A stretch of 64,000 nt of DNA from a virus. The stretch lies in the IMG/VR virus record IMGVR_UViG_3300020165_000009; one strand, written 5' to 3'. The translations under genes and the position numbers were made by a program. Below are positions 37,610 to 48,214 of the stretch, in pieces. Within the stretch, counting starts at the first letter, position 1. Each line of letters opens with the position of its first letter. The notes beneath the pieces were generated by a model. The model saw nothing but the letters and a program-made list of their open reading frames with translations, did no database searches and was not told the DNA's origin.

Positions 37610-39147
37610 TAAATTATACTCTCGTTAAAGTTGGGGTTACTGAAGTGATTGGTCTTTATACCAACTATCCGTTGAATGTAGTTAGATTCATCAATAAATT
37701 GATGCTCTACCTCTGTTAGTAGATACATACCTAATACCTTATTATCATATTGATTTTCTATATATGCTCCCTGCCTGTCAACAGAGAAGAAAGTACCTGT
37801 CTTTCTTAAGAGCTGGCCCTTAATTATAATCTCTATAGCCATATTAGAAAACAGACTAGACTTTAATAGCTTATTAGAACCGTATGACTTCCTGATTTCC
37901 GAAGATTCACCATACTCTGAAAAATTTGACTCAAACGTTTGATTCTCTTTTTGAAGATCTGTTAATGGAAGGTTAGGGTAAGGCTTGTTATTGTCACCTT
38001 TAAGTGGATTTACATATACATCACTAAACTTATCGCGTACCGTCGCGACGCTACTATCCTTAACTTCTATATTAAATCGCTTATTTTTAAAATCGTATGA
38101 ATTGACAACCTGGGTCTTAATCGCTTTTTTATATTGCTCACCATCAGTATCAAAGAATTTATAATTTAGTACATCACCCTTACTACCAAATTCTAATGCA
38201 CCTGCAGGTGCTTTTTTAGATGGCTCGATTATACTCGAATCACCGCTATCCATACCATTAATGGTAAAGTTCTCGACGAATAACTCACCACCTACGTTGC
38301 TATTTTTTTGAAAAGCTTTACCGAATATACTCTCCGCACTCTGTAAATTATATTCACCAGTGTAGTTTGATTTCTTTAAAAATGAAAAGTCGTTAGATGA
38401 ACTATTACTTACGTGCCGGTCTAAAAGATAATTTAAATCGTCATAAGCTGTGTTATTAATAGGTGAGGAGTAGAATAGCTTGGATGCTCCAGCCTCGAAC
38501 TCCGAATCATTAATAACATTTCCACCATCCAGATTATCATTTAGTATAGCTCTTATACTATCTCCTGTAGTAGCATACCTACCCTCGTTATTAGATTGTG
38601 CTGCTTCAACACCTTCCGGGGTTGCTAACTTACCAGTCGAAAAAAATGCTTTCTTCTCCTTTAGGATTTCCTCGTCTGCATCGCCAATATTAAAAAATTT
38701 ACACTCAGTACCATTAATAGTAGTATTACTACCTTGCTTAATACTAAAGATATATCTGAGACCAAATGTCGTTTTAAAGTCCTTATCATCATTAGTAAAC
38801 TCTGAGAGATCTCCGGAGTCTAGAGGAATAATTTCAATCTGAATAAAATCTCTACCATCACCGCGGTAAGTATAACCCTTTAATGGTGCAAGGTCGGGTT
38901 GAAATTCTCGGTCTGCCGGGTCAGTTACGAAACGCTCTATAGCGGATTGGGTATTATCGATGGCTATAGATCCCCTTACCCACGGGTCGCGGAGATTATC
39001 GATGAGCTTAAGTTCTTTGACTTCCCTTTTAGTTAAGGTAACTTTGTCACCTTCTGGATTGAACAAAGTTACTTTAAACAGATACTTCTGTGTATCAATA
39101 ATAGCGCTAAATCTCTCTTCATAAGAGGTGTCAAAGTTATATCTCAT
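37609..39147 (-). CDS. Baseplate hub protein (gp27-like)
   Basis: LIDNLRDPWVRGSI N-terminus, GMYLLTEVEHQF C-terminus; follows gp53. Confidence 0.6.
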   Translation of the reverse strand: MRYNFDTSYEERFSAIIDTQKYLFKVTLFNPEGDKVTLTKREVKELKLIDNLRDPWVRGSIAIDNTQSAIERFVTDPADREFQPDLAPLKGYTYRGDGRDFIQIEIIPLDSGDLSEFTNDDKDFKTTFGLRYIFSIKQGSNTTINGTECKFFNIGDADEEILKEKKAFFSTGKLATPEGVEAAQSNNEGRYATTGDSIRAILNDNLDGGNVINDSEFEAGASKLFYSSPINNTAYDDLNYLLDRHVSNSSSNDFSFLKKSNYTGEYNLQSAESIFGKAFQKNSNVGGELFVENFTINGMDSGDSSIIEPSKKAPAGALEFGSKGDVLNYKFFDTDGEQYKKAIKTQVVNSYDFKNKRFNIEVKDSSVATVRDKFSDVYVNPLKGDNNKPYPNLPLTDLQKENQTFESNFSEYGESSEIRKSYGSNKLLKSSLFSNMAIEIIIKGQLLRKTGTFFSVDRQGAYIENQYDNKVLGMYLLTEVEHQFIDESNYIQRIVGIKTNHFSNPNFNESII

Positions 39148-39515
39148 TACTGTAATTGCTGTTTTATGCTGTCTATAGTAGGTTTTAAGTATTGCTTTTT
39201 GATATACTTTACCCGGCTGCCAGCTGCTATCTTAGCAGGGTTTGAGATATTATTAACCACCATAATTAACCACCATAGGTAGGTAGTACCGTAAATTCTA
39301 TAGCTTAACGTTGTAATGGGTAGAGCATCATTATACGCTACTGTATTAAACAGTTCATCATCCATATCATCAGGCAGTTTTATTTTCTTAAGGATATTAT
39401 AATAGAAAAAATCCTTGTCACCTGTTTCGTAAATCTTAAAGATATTCTCATACCTATACTGTTCGAGTATAGTTAGATTAGTAATATCCTCTTGAAATTT
39501 CCCTAAGTCAGCCAT
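39147..39515 (-). CDS. gp53: Baseplate wedge protein (gp53-like)
   Basis: LSYRIYGTTYLWWLIMVVNNI. Confidence 0.8.
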   Translation of the reverse strand: MADLGKFQEDITNLTILEQYRYENIFKIYETGDKDFFYYNILKKIKLPDDMDDELFNTVAYNDALPITTLSYRIYGTTYLWWLIMVVNNISNPAKIAAGSRVKYIKKQYLKPTIDSIKQQLQ

Positions 39516-39571
39516 ACTAATATTTATAACAGGTTAACTCTTATATCACCTATTCGGAGTATTTATTCACC

Positions 39572-40843
39572 TTAGGGTCTCGGCGGTAGGAGGCTATCAC
39601 TGGCGATATCCTCTTTTGCCTTGTTACGTGATCTTGTAGGTAGGCCCTGTGTAGGTGCTTCTGCGGCAGCGTTCGCACCGCCAAAGGCGTCAAAAACGCC
39701 CTGAATGGGGTCTAGAGCGGCGTTTACTGTTAGTTTCGGCTTAGCTATATTAGCATATAAAAAGTTTCTAGTTTCAGGATTTAACCCGGTAACGGATATA
39801 TCGAGCTGATATGCGTCGGGTATTATTGTCTCAATAGAAGTTGACGCGGTATCGCTCCCGGGTGATTGTATAGGTACCTCTATCGTCATTTTTCTACGAG
39901 AGCCTACATACTTTACACTTAGTTCCGAAATATATGCATAAGGCATAAATGCAACACCTGGTAAGTGTAACTCATATAGTACAGGCTGGTCAATTATACT
40001 CTTACTGATTCTACCAGGTGTGTTCTGGTAGATTAAGCCGAATAATAATTGCCAATTTCTAGAGATATCATCAACAGATATGGTATTGAGGAGAGGTAAT
40101 GTAAAACTCAAAGTCTTACCCTCATCTTTCATTTCAAATTGTTTTGCCTTTTCAATATAAGTACCTGGCTTTACTAAATTTGCGGCGCCGGCAAGACCCT
40201 CCGCTAATCCCGCGAGTTTATTAGCAATTGGTGCCACTAAACCTTCATTAGCCTGACCGAAGGAGTTGTTACTCTTTATAAAGGTATCATCGAGGTATGG
40301 AAAATAATAACTAAACCCGGTATTCTCAAGACTATACAACCCGTCATACGGTGTAAGGGCCGGATTTTGGAATTTTGTCAACCCGCCTAACCGTACAGCT
40401 TCCTCTTGAAATTTATTCAGTAGGCCACTAACTGACTTACCTGCCTCAATGACCCCGTTAGCTAGTTGCCCTGCTAATCCCGGTGCCTCCTCATCACCGG
40501 TAGTAGTTACGGGGCCTACTAGACCAGTTATTGTGTTAACAGCGCCTTCTGCAGAATCTACAGTAGCGAGAGCACTATACGCGAGGTTTGTGACCGTAGA
40601 GTTGAGTTTAACTCTTTTCTCAATCAATTGAAGCCGTGGTACATCGTTTCTTGAACTCTTCGGACTTACAGTCCATGAGAAGTCATCTACGACATTAATT
40701 GGATCTGCCATTTTACCTTGTGTGTATCCTTCGAGGTTAGTTAGGTTAGTTAAGTCACCACCGGCGGCAGTGATACCTCCACCAGCCCTCTCCAGCATGG
40801 GTAATGTCTTCGTGCTGCCTTCTCTAAGATGCCATAGATTCAT
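39572..40843 (-). CDS. Baseplate tail-tube cap (gp48-like)
   Basis: Tube-like fold hints; position between tape measure and gp53. Confidence 0.5.
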   Translation of the reverse strand: MNLWHLREGSTKTLPMLERAGGGITAAGGDLTNLTNLEGYTQGKMADPINVVDDFSWTVSPKSSRNDVPRLQLIEKRVKLNSTVTNLAYSALATVDSAEGAVNTITGLVGPVTTTGDEEAPGLAGQLANGVIEAGKSVSGLLNKFQEEAVRLGGLTKFQNPALTPYDGLYSLENTGFSYYFPYLDDTFIKSNNSFGQANEGLVAPIANKLAGLAEGLAGAANLVKPGTYIEKAKQFEMKDEGKTLSFTLPLLNTISVDDISRNWQLLFGLIYQNTPGRISKSIIDQPVLYELHLPGVAFMPYAYISELSVKYVGSRRKMTIEVPIQSPGSDTASTSIETIIPDAYQLDISVTGLNPETRNFLYANIAKPKLTVNAALDPIQGVFDAFGGANAAAEAPTQGLPTRSRNKAKEDIASDSLLPPRP

Positions 40844-40883
40844 TATATATATTTATATTGCATGTGTATAGTCACTACACTAA

Positions 40884-42701
40884 TTACACCATTGGTCCTG
40901 TTGAGGTTGCGCGCATGTCTGCTACGGACATCCCGGTGAAGTCTGATGTACCAGCATATCCAGGAGTTGTACGTCCTCCTTCGCTTGGTGTCAACGTACT
41001 AAATAGTAATTTGCCGAGATCCAATAATAACGTATTACGCTCTTCATCCAGTTCAATTTGTGTAGCCATGTGATCTGCATGCATTTCATGTAGATTTATT
41101 AATATTTTACCATTACTTTCAAAACCGGCTGCTAATGTTGTTAGGAGTGGTCCTCCTTCTTTCATAGCATATATGGTGTCCATCGGATTAGCTTGAGCTA
41201 ATACTCGACCGTCTTGACTAAAGATAATGCCATCATCAACTTGTGCGAGTGGTTCACCAATTATTGGTTGTCTCAGGCCTTTAAACAATTTTGAGTTTAA
41301 TGCCCATTCTCCTAATGTTGAAGTCTTATCACCTAACTTTTTTGCAATAAGTCCCCCTAGGAGCCTACCACCTACGTCACCTAATACACCACCAGCAATA
41401 GCACCAACTATGTTACCTGCTATTGGGACCCCTGATCCAATTGCACCTCCGAGAATAGCGCCACCAGCTCCACCAATAACACCAGTTACTGCTTTAATTA
41501 ACCTTGTACCGACCTTTTCATTCAACTCAGCATCATCTATGTCACCGAGCTCATGCTGCTTTACCAACTCTTCCACATCTTTATATGTGAAAAAAGACTC
41601 GAGTATGGGTGCTAAAAGGGGACTTTTTAAAAGCCCTCTTACCAGTTTCAACGGTTTAACTTTTTGAATTGCGGCGCCTACTGGCTTTAAAACTGTATCC
41701 TTTGTAAATTTGAGTGCTCTAGTAGCTCCACTCCTCACTGCCCCGCCTACTGCCGCGCCGGCTCTTCCAACCGCTTGTGCTCCGCCCCTTACTGCCTGTG
41801 CGCCCCTGGCGGCTGCACTGCTCACTTTACTACCAACGTAGCTAGCAGCCCCGGAAAAAAAGCCTTTAGTTGCACTAGCGGCCTGACTGACTGCCTTACC
41901 GGCCGGTGACCCGGTTATCTTCCGAGCTATTTCAGCTGCTTTTTTCTTTGCTGCCTCCATTCCCTTCACGAGAGATGATCCAAACTTGGATATTCTACTT
42001 GCAATTCTTTCAAAGGCTCCGCCAAATTTAGTCGATATAGTATTAACTATTTCTTTAACTTTTGTACCGGCCTTTTCTATGCCTTTTTTGGCACTCGTGG
42101 CGGCGCTACTGAGCCTATTACCTATACGGGCAGCCATCTCCATAACCTTTTTACGCATAGGTGCAATAGCCTTGCTCACAGCCTTACTCGCTTTATCAAG
42201 TCGGCTAGTTACTCCTTTCCTAATAGATTTCGCCAAATCACTAATTCTAGTACCTATCCGTGATAATACATTCCCAGCTCTTACTGCAAACTTATCAATT
42301 CTCTTGTAAACTTGTTGTAAGCCTGATACAAGACCTACAATACCTTGACCATCAACTAATGCCGCAAGACCTGCACCGACTCCTACTAATTTTAATAGGC
42401 CCATTAGGTCACTATTATTTTTCTCCTGCTGTTTTTCTAAAGCTGCTTCAGTCTCGCGACCGAAAGCTCTAGCAAGATCATCTTCAGCATCAGGTCCAAA
42501 ATTAGTAATTACAACATCTTTAGGCCTTTCTACAATATCTCGTGGCCCTTGAGCTTCGCGCGGTGCAGTAGAGCCTCGCGATGTTGTTGATGCGCGCGCG
42601 CCCTTACCAACCTCTTTCTGAAGGATTTTTAGTTGGTTCGCCGTATCAGCTGATACTTTAGTTAGTAGCGAAATTGCTTCCGCAATAGTAGGTTCTGCCA
42701 T
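40884..42701 (-). CDS. Tape-measure-like protein (gp29 position)
   Basis: 605 aa helical, A/G/K-rich, GAILGGAIG..GAIAGG repeats. Confidence 0.65.
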   Translation of the reverse strand: MAEPTIAEAISLLTKVSADTANQLKILQKEVGKGARASTTSRGSTAPREAQGPRDIVERPKDVVITNFGPDAEDDLARAFGRETEAALEKQQEKNNSDLMGLLKLVGVGAGLAALVDGQGIVGLVSGLQQVYKRIDKFAVRAGNVLSRIGTRISDLAKSIRKGVTSRLDKASKAVSKAIAPMRKKVMEMAARIGNRLSSAATSAKKGIEKAGTKVKEIVNTISTKFGGAFERIASRISKFGSSLVKGMEAAKKKAAEIARKITGSPAGKAVSQAASATKGFFSGAASYVGSKVSSAAARGAQAVRGGAQAVGRAGAAVGGAVRSGATRALKFTKDTVLKPVGAAIQKVKPLKLVRGLLKSPLLAPILESFFTYKDVEELVKQHELGDIDDAELNEKVGTRLIKAVTGVIGGAGGAILGGAIGSGVPIAGNIVGAIAGGVLGDVGGRLLGGLIAKKLGDKTSTLGEWALNSKLFKGLRQPIIGEPLAQVDDGIIFSQDGRVLAQANPMDTIYAMKEGGPLLTTLAAGFESNGKILINLHEMHADHMATQIELDEERNTLLLDLGKLLFSTLTPSEGGRTTPGYAGTSDFTGMSVADMRATSTGPMV

Positions 42702-42721
42702 ACATATATTTATACATCACA

Positions 42722-43462
42722 CTACGATATAAATAGGTCTGGGGTAATATCTAGTTGCTCATCGGCCGTGAGGTGGTTAGTTAGCACTTCTTCAGCGGCT
42801 CTAACCTTACCAATATAGTCGTATACAGGTCGTAACTGCACTGTATCGAGCTCCTTAATAATATCTATGCTCTTAGTATCTTTTCTAATTTTAAGAGTCT
42901 GGTCACCAATAGAGATGGCTTTAATAAATTTTAATGATTCAAAATGATACACGTCACTCAGAAGAGATTTAGCTGAATTACTCTTATACTTACGTAGAAT
43001 AAGACCGTTAACGATATGGTCGTCATCCATTGAAGGTGGTGCAAGGTGAAATGTAATATCGTCAACTGTGACGCTTTCTGGTGCAACTTCAAGCTCAATA
43101 CTCTCATTTCTAGTGAGCATCTTTTTGATATCGAAGTCTATACTATCTTCGGTAGTAACGATACCATCAATATATCCTTTAAGCGCGAGGATAAAGTTAG
43201 TTCGGTCAATAGTATTAAAGACGGGTTGATACTCACTAATATTCTTTTTAAGAATAGAATACATCACGTTATTAAATTCTAAGATAGCTATAATAGGGCT
43301 GCCAGCACTTGATGTAATGTTTGCTACAGTTTCGATGATCTTAGATTGCTGTGCGAGTGTAATAGGAGCAATATCAATGCTACTCTTAAGTGTAGGTGAG
43401 AATACACTTATAACCTTTTTTGCTTTTTTAAGCTCTTGAATGATACTACTTACATCGGACAT
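42722..43462 (-). CDS. Baseplate hub assembly protein (gp26-like)
   Basis: PITLAQQSKII, DRTNFILALK; synteny. Confidence 0.5.
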   Translation of the reverse strand: MSDVSSIIQELKKAKKVISVFSPTLKSSIDIAPITLAQQSKIIETVANITSSAGSPIIAILEFNNVMYSILKKNISEYQPVFNTIDRTNFILALKGYIDGIVTTEDSIDFDIKKMLTRNESIELEVAPESVTVDDITFHLAPPSMDDDHIVNGLILRKYKSNSAKSLLSDVYHFESLKFIKAISIGDQTLKIRKDTKSIDIIKELDTVQLRPVYDYIGKVRAAEEVLTNHLTADEQLDITPDLFIS

Positions 43463-43470
43463 ATCAATAT

Positions 43471-44244
43471 TTACTCCCCGTTGTCCGGAGTTCTACTGTT
43501 TTCGGCTTCAGTTTTCTCAGCCTGTTCTTTGGTATAGAAGTTTAAATTAATTTTAAGCTCCGGTAGTGTATAGTACTGTAGGTCGTGTCCTTTTAAATTT
43601 AGACGTTGCGATATATTGTACTCGAATTCATACATCTCCATTAGATCACTAGTGAAAATTTCACGTAGGAAGTATAGTATCGATGCATTATACACATTAA
43701 TTTCTGCTCTATTTTCAAGAATATCCACGCCACTCCTATCCTTGATCTTATTTATAATGCCGGCAACCTTTATAATATGTATATCGGTTTCATTTAATAT
43801 TAAGATCTTATCGTGTATTGAAAACCTATCTACATCATTACCATTAACATCATAAAGATAATCCGCTACAGTAGCTGTAATATCCTTGCTATGAAAATAC
43901 TTAGGTGTCTTGAACTTACATCCACCGTACTCAAAAGCATCCTCTCGAAAGACACCTATACATTGTTCCTTCAATGAAAAATTAACATCTCTATCGTCGT
44001 GAGTGAGTGTTATATTATTACCTAGTATAGAGTTTCTAATATATATTAATGCTTCAAATTTATCGATAATATTGAGATCGTAACTAGATGATATGCGCTG
44101 TGTGATTGTCTCGAAGCAATTATTAATCTCCTCTAGATCACTTGAAAGGAGCATCTTACATATATTTTTATATTCTATGTAAGATAGCTCTTCAAAGCGT
44201 ACTAGGCCTCGTTGAAGAGGTATTGATAGTTGACTTGAGACCAT
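43471..44244 (-). CDS. Baseplate hub assembly protein (gp26/gp51-like)
   Basis: IDKFEALIYIRNSILG; C-terminal helix pattern like gp51. Confidence 0.5.
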   Translation of the reverse strand: MVSSQLSIPLQRGLVRFEELSYIEYKNICKMLLSSDLEEINNCFETITQRISSSYDLNIIDKFEALIYIRNSILGNNITLTHDDRDVNFSLKEQCIGVFREDAFEYGGCKFKTPKYFHSKDITATVADYLYDVNGNDVDRFSIHDKILILNETDIHIIKVAGIINKIKDRSGVDILENRAEINVYNASILYFLREIFTSDLMEMYEFEYNISQRLNLKGHDLQYYTLPELKINLNFYTKEQAEKTEAENSRTPDNGE

Positions 44245-45062
44245 TAAAATATTTTATCAATCAAGTCAGGTAATGGCAAGTATAAATTATCCTCTAATGT
44301 ATAGTGGGTGTATGCCCACCTGGTGTTATATGTTTCAAGTGCCTCCCTATCGTATGATAAATTTCTCGTATCTACACTCATAGGTACGCAGTTATAAAAC
44401 TTCCAGACCTTTCTAGGCACCTGTGATAGTTTTTGAAATGACCTCGTGTACTGTACTATAGTTACGTTAGTCTTAACATTTAGTGTCGAGCTCTCGGGCC
44501 TGGCGACCATACCGGCATGTGCACCTAAGATAACCCATGGTCTGACTAAACTATCAACGAATGATGTATTGGTCTCTCTAAAGTTTATGGTAAGCGGCGA
44601 GAATTTTACACGTCCCTGGCCTATGAGGCCAGGTATAAGTCCCATATTATTCGCGATCTCAGCATGGCTGGTCTGAAATGTATCGTCTGGAATAGCGGCA
44701 CCTTGCGCAAACATACACCCATTAATACCCTGAAATGGGTAAGACGTTAGTACCGCTCTAGCTCTATCGATATCGAAACCTTTCTTATCTGCTTGTACTG
44801 GTTCGAGATTTTGTATTACATTAGTCCGTAAACCACTTGGAAAATTATCGAAGAATATAATATACTGAGTTCTTAGTGGTATGGTACCGATCCATGACTC
44901 CATGGACTTTAAGAATGAATCTCTAAAACTCACTAATGGTACCCCAGGTATATTAGTACCAAGTAACTGTATATTAGGTTGACCTAGAGAACCGCCTAGG
45001 TTACCTTGCGTCACGCTTTTTACACCTTGCAGAAAATTGCCTGCAGCATTAAGAATACTCAT
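44244..45062 (-). CDS. Tail tube initiator (gp54-like)
   Basis: Tube fold (LTINFRET, WKFYNCVP); next to gp19; start reassigned to MSILN. Confidence 0.6.
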   Translation of the reverse strand: MSILNAAGNFLQGVKSVTQGNLGGSLGQPNIQLLGTNIPGVPLVSFRDSFLKSMESWIGTIPLRTQYIIFFDNFPSGLRTNVIQNLEPVQADKKGFDIDRARAVLTSYPFQGINGCMFAQGAAIPDDTFQTSHAEIANNMGLIPGLIGQGRVKFSPLTINFRETNTSFVDSLVRPWVILGAHAGMVARPESSTLNVKTNVTIVQYTRSFQKLSQVPRKVWKFYNCVPMSVDTRNLSYDREALETYNTRWAYTHYTLEDNLYLPLPDLIDKIF

Positions 45063-45078
45063 ACACAAATATTTAAGC

Positions 45079-45108
45079 AAAAAAAAGCCGTACCAAATAG
45101 GTACGGCT
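45079..45108 (-). terminator. Rho-independent terminator after tail tube gene
   Basis: AGCCGTACC/GGTACGGCT stem plus A8 on + strand. Confidence 0.85.
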
Positions 45109-45130
45109 CTTAAAGTTATAAAAATAAGTG

Positions 45131-45676
45131 TTACGCAGTCTTTCTATAAAACTGGTAAGCAATAGTAACAGTGAAGGTTTGTACGTCACCAGAAGCTGTC
45201 ACATCGTATGATAGATCACCGACTGAACGTATGCTAGCGCCAACCAATTGATACTGTGCTAGTTGATTTAGTTCCTTATCTAGCTGCACTAAGTCGATGA
45301 CAGAATCGGCCTTAGGTGTAAAGTAATTACCTGTAGATGTAGAGTCATCAAACGTATCATTAATGACCTGTTGGAACTTCTCATACAATTTATATGATTC
45401 ATCAGCTCTAAAAGTTAGAGAATATCCACCAGAGTTGTTATACTTAACAGTACCGGGTACATGAAAATCTAACCCCATGTAAGGTACTACAACATCTTGA
45501 ATTGTCTTACCAGGTAGAGTAGCTGTAGTCGCATATATTAGATCCTCTTCATCAATAGATATATCACTACCGCTACCGAAGTCAATGTTAAGTACCCTGA
45601 ACAAGTTATTTCTTGCGAAATCTCTTGCTTGCGCCTGAGTATAAAAGTCTTGTATCGTTTGTTTAACGTCTGCCAT
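45131..45676 (-). CDS. gp19: Tail tube protein
   Basis: ARNNLFRV, ATLPG, VPYMG, FTVTIAYQFY; follows sheath. Confidence 0.88.
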   Translation of the reverse strand: MADVKQTIQDFYTQAQARDFARNNLFRVLNIDFGSGSDISIDEEDLIYATTATLPGKTIQDVVVPYMGLDFHVPGTVKYNNSGGYSLTFRADESYKLYEKFQQVINDTFDDSTSTGNYFTPKADSVIDLVQLDKELNQLAQYQLVGASIRSVGDLSYDVTASGDVQTFTVTIAYQFYRKTA

Positions 45677-45717
45677 GTAATTATTTAATCTAGATTAGTT
45701 GTTTTTTATATGAGTTC

Positions 45718-45747
45718 AAAAAAAAGCCGACCCTTTCGGACCGGCTT
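45718..45747 (-). terminator. Rho-independent terminator after sheath gene
   Basis: AAGCCG...CGGCTT stem plus A8 on + strand. Confidence 0.7.
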
Positions 45748-45766
45748 AATTTGTTAGTGTTTAGTA

Positions 45767-48184
45767 TTAACCGACAATCTCGTTGAAGTCTGTACCTGTA
45801 CGAGTTGCATAGAAGTTAACAAGAATGAATTCAGCAGCGCGAACTGGCTTTAGGTAGATATCTACCACCATTTCATTTTGATCAATAACGTCTGGAGTGT
45901 TATTTCTTTCATCGCATACGATCAAGTAATCATACAATCCTTCAGTATTCTTAGCATTCTCGAATATTGGGGTGAGTGTATTAATAACTCTCGTTCTTGT
46001 GAGTAGCGTATTAGGCTCGAACAAGAAGTACTTAACTGTATTTCTTGTCGCTTTCTCAAGATTCAAGAACAGTCTACGTACATTGATTCTATCAAATGCA
46101 GTCGGAGCTGCTTGTAGAGTCTTCTGTCCGAATGTTACGAAGCCATCACCCGGGAAGAATGCAACTGGGTTGACCGAGTTCTTATAAAGTTGGTCTCTTT
46201 GCTTCTGCTTAGGGTACAGCGCGATATCATTAACACTACCTACTCTACCTCTAGTAAATCCAGCAGGTGCGAACCATGGTTGGAAGTTAGCATCTGTATT
46301 AGCCATTTGACTTGCAGCAGTACCAGAGAATGGCACCCATACTTGATCGTCTAATGAACTATCATAAACCTTATTCCAAGCTGCATATGTAGTAGAGTAA
46401 CTTGAATTAAGAATAGTCGTAAAGGCTTGCACGGGCTTTGATACATTCAACGAGAAGTTCTTTTCAGGATCATCTAGGGTCTTGAAGTTACGTCCTTGTA
46501 CGAATATAGGCCTTGGTAAATCGGCAATAAACATATGATCCTTCCTTCTCTTCTCCGCAAAGTCGTTAAACCTATTGTAGATTGTCTTCCAGTTATCTCT
46601 GTAAGTCTGTGCTTCTGATGATATCTTAGTAATATCTGATTTATAGAAACCGGACATTGCTGAGACATTAGTTAGATCGTCGAAGTATTTGTCATCGCCA
46701 TTGTCTTTTCTGGCAGCGTTAATTGTACCAAGACCAGCTTCAATAGTAATATCGAGATCAAAGACTTCAGGGTTCTCAATGGTGTCGAGTAATCTGTCAA
46801 CCTTTCTCGGTACACTACCTAGATCTTTTTGCTCCGCTTGTAAGTTAGCATTGGCATAAGCACCGACTGTGAATAGTGAGTCAGCTGCTCCTAAAGTATC
46901 AACCGCTCCAGATAAGGTACTAAAGACGTTATTAATAAGAGCAGCACTAGTAGCTGGTACTATTGATGTCTCAGGAATATAACCACTGGATAGTAGCTGG
47001 AAGTTTGCAAAGCCTGGATCAGCATCGATTGCATTAGCTTCATTTGCAGTAAACTTACTATTAGCAATTCTTATCTTGTTAATAGGGTTACCATTAAGAT
47101 CGAGCCACGTATCACCATTTCTGTGTGATAAGTTGTCATTAATCACGACTGATATATTAGGTGATTCATCTTCTCTGAATCCTAAGAAGAAGCTCTGAGG
47201 AGCTCCACCTTGCTGACTTTGCTGTTGTCTATGGAAGTCAAATGAACCTACATAATTTTCAGATAAGATGTAATCTAGTTTAATAACATCAGCAGCGAAT
47301 ACTGATTGTCTTAGTTTGAATAGACCGACTGATAATACATCATCGTACTGAGGTGTTGCAATATCGAAATCTGTGAGATTTTCCATGATCTCAGATATAC
47401 TATCAGTCTCTTGACCGAATGTATTGGTTGTTGCATCATTTGCACCAGATAGTGTAAAGTTTAATCTCTGAGTTGGCAGTCTTAGGTAATTAGATGTAAC
47501 AGTTGCGCTAGTAGCTACTGTCTCTGCTGTTAATATAGCATCAAAGTCTGTTGCATCGTTTAGGTTAGTATTGTCTGCAAGACCGAGATAATAACCTTCA
47601 AATCGGCCATTAACTGTCGTTTGCCCTTTGTTAAGAACAACTACTGCAGCGTTTCCTAGTTTTGCGAATGTGTCTGGAACCGCGGTTAAATCGTTAGTCC
47701 AGTTGAACTCGTCTTGTCGTAGTACTTGGAAGTATTCTTCCTGCGTTAACTCCATGTGGTAGGGTTTACCGAGTACGTAAATACCAGGTACATTTTGATC
47801 ACCAGACGTCGGCTGAGAGTATGTTGCTAAGGTCTCACCAGTACCAGATAGTGCAATACCTACTGCTGGGTATGCAAGTGCTCCGTAAGTGTTACCGAAG
47901 CCTGCTCCGGTTTGTTCACCATACGGTAACCTGTACGCTTGAATATTAGCTGGTGAATTGAATAGAGGTCTAACCGAATGATAGAAGTAGCGTTCTGCTG
48001 GTGTAGTGGGCAATCCGTAGATTTGCTCGAACTCACTTAAGCTCGTTACTTGAATAACTTCGTCTGTTGGTCCTTTGTCTGCGAAACCTGGGACTAATAT
48101 TGTGGTACCAGCTGGTATATTAGGTCTGAGAGACAAATCTATCTCATTAATCTCTACACCTGGTGATTGAATTGTACGTGCCAT
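45767..48184 (-). CDS. gp18: Tail sheath protein
   Basis: SPGVEINEIDLS, PWFAPAGFTRG, FDRINVRRLF, CDERNNTP, KPVRAAEFI. Confidence 0.95.
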   Translation of the reverse strand: MARTIQSPGVEINEIDLSLRPNIPAGTTILVPGFADKGPTDEVIQVTSLSEFEQIYGLPTTPAERYFYHSVRPLFNSPANIQAYRLPYGEQTGAGFGNTYGALAYPAVGIALSGTGETLATYSQPTSGDQNVPGIYVLGKPYHMELTQEEYFQVLRQDEFNWTNDLTAVPDTFAKLGNAAVVVLNKGQTTVNGRFEGYYLGLADNTNLNDATDFDAILTAETVATSATVTSNYLRLPTQRLNFTLSGANDATTNTFGQETDSISEIMENLTDFDIATPQYDDVLSVGLFKLRQSVFAADVIKLDYILSENYVGSFDFHRQQQSQQGGAPQSFFLGFREDESPNISVVINDNLSHRNGDTWLDLNGNPINKIRIANSKFTANEANAIDADPGFANFQLLSSGYIPETSIVPATSAALINNVFSTLSGAVDTLGAADSLFTVGAYANANLQAEQKDLGSVPRKVDRLLDTIENPEVFDLDITIEAGLGTINAARKDNGDDKYFDDLTNVSAMSGFYKSDITKISSEAQTYRDNWKTIYNRFNDFAEKRRKDHMFIADLPRPIFVQGRNFKTLDDPEKNFSLNVSKPVQAFTTILNSSYSTTYAAWNKVYDSSLDDQVWVPFSGTAASQMANTDANFQPWFAPAGFTRGRVGSVNDIALYPKQKQRDQLYKNSVNPVAFFPGDGFVTFGQKTLQAAPTAFDRINVRRLFLNLEKATRNTVKYFLFEPNTLLTRTRVINTLTPIFENAKNTEGLYDYLIVCDERNNTPDVIDQNEMVVDIYLKPVRAAEFILVNFYATRTGTDFNEIVG

Positions 48185-48189
48185 AATAT

Positions 48190-48195
48190 TATTTA
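48190..48195 (-). promoter_or_regulatory. Late promoter core of sheath gene
   Basis: TAAATA-N5-ATG. Confidence 0.65.
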
Positions 48196-48214
48196 TGGTC
48201 CAACGGGATAAAAA

